The position numbers and the translations under genes are program-made. A stretch of DNA of 64,000 nucleotides, from positions 63,304,001-63,368,000 of the forward strand of contig NC_058368.1 in the NCBI RefSeq assembly GCF_018350175.1. Reading direction: 5' to 3'. Positions within the stretch are counted from its first letter, which is position 1. Each line of letters opens with the position of its first letter. A model generated the notes under the pieces. That model saw only the letters and a list, made by a program, of their open reading frames with translations. It searched no databases and had not been told where the DNA came from. Below are positions 60,901-64,000 of this stretch, piece after piece. This DNA comes from Felis catus (taxonomy: Eukaryota).

Positions 60901-62828
60901 TTTTTATAAATGGTGATTCTGATTCTTTGCAGGACAGTCATTAAATATTGTAGACATCACCCCTGCAGCTGCTTGTTCATCCACACTTCCTTTTAGCCAC
61001 TATCTAGATTGCTTCCATCTCCAAAGAAATGTGGTTCCGCTTATCAGGAGTGTGAGTGAAAGGTGAATATGTGTATACATGGGGAGAACAGTGTAGTATT
61101 GGGGCCAATTCAAATACAAATGAGGAAGCCAGGCAGTTATAGTTTTAAAAATGTATATAGAAGCCCTCTGGATTGAATATTCAGTTACTTAATATGTATA
61201 ATTCTGAGTCCTAAATGTTAATCTTTATGATACTAACTGTTAAGAATCTACTTAATACATACTGCTAATTGGTAACAATCAAATTCTTCCAGTTTTCATA
61301 AGTTTTCCTTTCTAATACTCTAGCCTGTTTGTTTGCTTACTGATTTGTTTTAAGCAAATAATAGTGGGGTGGGGAAGACTTGAAGGTATAAATTAATAAA
61401 AGCATCTAGTGGGCTCAACAGTGCAAAAAGTAATGTATACTTTTTCACCCAGATAAAAACATATAGAATCTCTGGAATTATAATATTCTAGGATTTTCCT
61501 ACTTAAGAAATACTTTTCATGGTTATTTATTTCCCAGCCAACATGAAGATTCTTATTTTTCCTTTTTGCATGAAGATAGAAGTTTTTTTTTAATATTTCT
61601 TTGGAGGACAGTTTTATTTTTAGCTACTTTCACTGGCTTTTAGCATTCAATCACAGTCCTTCTTTTTTTTTTTTTTCCTGACAGTTTCTCTTTGTCTAAG
61701 GATCAAAGGAAGTGTCTGATAATTTGAAAATACAGTGAGAATTAGTACTTTGATGAAGTTGGGTCTAGGTGGGCCAACATGCCTGGTTCAATCAGAATTT
61801 GAAAGGAAAATTAAGTTTGCCGAAGAGTTTGCCAAATACTCAAGTCTGGTTACAACCTTTGCAATGGTTTTCAGTATTCATAATTTATTTAAAGAGAGTT
61901 GAAAACAAAATCTCTTCTAAAAATCTTACCACAAAGCTGGTTATAGAAGTATATCTACAATCTATACTTTTCATGATCTCTGGACAGAAAGGATTGGGGG
62001 TTAAAAGGTGTCCGAATGTTAAGATATTATCCTTTCTGAGTTAAAGATAGGGTAAATTGAATGGGCTACAAACTGTACATTGATATGCTGTGCTGTCTGA
62101 ATGTCTTGTGACATACTGGGCTGTCTGAATACACTTTTTCCTAATTTTCACATCTATCACTGCAATACCAAAAACTTCCTACAGCAATCAGGATCCTTTC
62201 CCCTCAGAGCTCAGCTAAGGGTCCTATGGCTGCAAATTAGAAATCTCAGAATTTAGTCTTCATTACCTTTCCACCATAATATTTATGACTTCCTGTACAG
62301 CTAGTCTTAAGTAACACTTAACCATATGGAAATTGGGGGAAATTTGTTGCATACTTACCTGGAAATTTTAAGTCTGAAAGTTGAGTTGATAGAAAACAAA
62401 TCAATTCCTTAATTTCACAGAAATCAGTCACACGTCATTTGAATGAGATAACTGAAGGATGAACATTATCCATCTTTTAATTGTTTCCCCCTATGTTAAA
62501 CCATTTGAATAATGCTATCACTCACTTTCTCCTTCTTCCTGAGGAATGGGGTCCAGAATTTTTATGGCTATAATTTAAAAATAATAATAATACTATGAAA
62601 AATTGTAAACAAATGAATTTCACTTAAGGTTTTACAAGGCTAACAATGACAGCAGTATTTCTTAAGACCCCTTTGATCACAATGTGTGTCTACTATGGAC
62701 TTTCTCCAGACCAAGATATTTTTGAAATGCAAAAGATCAGTCTCACTGATCTTTCCTCCTACCACCCACCCCAACCCCTGACCCTGGTCCTGCTTAAAAT
62801 ATTTCAATGGCTATCCATTCAGACAGAG

Positions 62829-63031
62829 CAGGATTTTTCAACCTTGCTACTATTGACAATATAGAAGGGATAATTCTTTGTTCTCGGGGGGCTATGTTTA
62901 CTCAATTTAGAAGGTTTAGCCTGGTCTCTACACCCTGGATGCCAATATTAGCTTCCCCAAGTGATGGCAACCAAAAACATCTCCAGACATTGCTAAGCAT
63001 CCCCCAAACTGCCTCCACTTGAGAACCATTG
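62829..63031 (-). mobile_element. MER20 hAT-Charlie MITE
   Basis: caggatttttcaaccttgctactattgaca...ccaaaaacatctccagacattgc...ttgagaaccattg. Confidence 0.85.
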
Positions 63032-63090
63032 GCACAGTGTATTAAAACCTTAAGAAGTAGCCACATGGTGTTTTCCTACCTACCAAAATC

Positions 63091-63293
63091 TGTATTAGTC
63101 AGAATTCTCCAGAGGAATAGAACCATTAGGATATGTGATGTATATATAGAAAGATTTTATTATAAGGAATTGGCTCACATGATTATGGAGGCTAGTAAGT
63201 CCAAATCTGCAGTATGGACCAGTAGGCTGGAGACCCAGAAGAGCCTTTGGCACAGATGAAGTCAAAGGCAGTTAGCTGGAGAATTCATCTCTC
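63091..63293. mobile_element. MLT2-like ERVL LTR fragment
   Basis: tgtattagtcagaattctccagagg...tataaggaattggctcacatgattatggaggct. Confidence 0.85.
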
Positions 63294-63299
63294 TCAGCG

Positions 63300-63670
63300 A
63301 TCCCTTCCCATGATCCCTAGGCTTCAGGCACACAGATCTTTCAGTTCCTTGAATATATCTTCTTTCTCATCATAGGGTCTTTGCACAGGATATGCCTGGC
63401 ACTGCTTTTTGCCCACCACACCCTACCCTTAGGCAACTAACTCCTCCTCTCAGCTAATCCTCAACTGCACTTCTGAGAATTCTGCACAATCTTCCTGAGT
63501 AGGTGAAGTCTCCCTATAATTCTCATTCATAGCACTTATGCATCTTCTTCACAGCACTTATCACTGTAAATTCTTTGGGGCTTTTTAATTTTTATCTTGC
63601 TCCATATCCCTAGCATCTAGTGTATAATAGATACTTACCAAATATCTGTTGGCTGACTGAATAAATGAAT
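63300..63670 (+). mobile_element. L2 3' end
   Basis: cagggtctttgcac-like motif...cacagcacttatcac...atccctagcatctag...aaatatctgttggctgactgaataaatgaat. Confidence 0.75.
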
Positions 63671-64000
63671 TAACATTTACCCAAAATATGGTCTCCTTTT
63701 TCAGATGATTATTGGCTTACTAAGTTGTTGTGATGCTCTAAATCACAAACTTGTATACCATGAATATTAAAAAGTTATTATAGTAATACAGTATGCTTAT
63801 TTGACAAACTTCCATTGTCAACTGCCCATGGGAGTGCTGGAGAAATTGCTAGTACCCTAGATCCCACTGCCACTGTTTCTTATCCCAACACTGTAACATG
63901 CATCACTTTATGTACTATAACATAAAATGCATAATGAACATTTGTATATGCATATTACACATTGAAGAATGTAATGACTTAGGGGAAGGTGGGTATGCCA

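Noticed and set aside
62351..62362. ATACTTACCTGG, identical to the U1 snRNA 5' end
   Set aside because: Similarity stops after 12 nt; better read as a minus-strand splice donor

Overview
Mammalian, AT-rich, CpG-poor genomic DNA from a felid, judged by the many CAN-SINE/SINEC_Fc-type elements (GGGGCGCCTGGGTGGCTCAG...CTGTGCTGACAGCTCAGAGCCTGGAGCC...). I recognise no host protein-coding gene, rRNA, functional tRNA or CRISPR array; the window is intergenic or deep intronic. It is dominated by two decayed full-length minus-strand LINE-1 elements (~31.9-38.3 kb and ~43.2-50.6 kb), each interrupted by three SINEs. It also holds about 20 carnivore SINEs (a few young, with near-perfect TSDs), truncated L1s, L2/MIR/CR1 relics, MaLR/ERVL LTRs, hAT and Tc/mariner DNA-transposon relics, and microsatellites. 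Most ORF-track entries are L1 fragments, SINE or microsatellite artefacts, or chance ORFs. Best leads: a possible L1 3'-transduction structure; a microhomology-bounded deletion of the L1 RT active site; TG/CA microsatellites arising at the same L1 site in three copies; a candidate 15-nt minus-strand microexon with a perfect U1-complementary donor; other candidate exons; and a strong CTCF motif. Repeat family names come from recalled consensus similarity, not a search, and boundaries are approximate.
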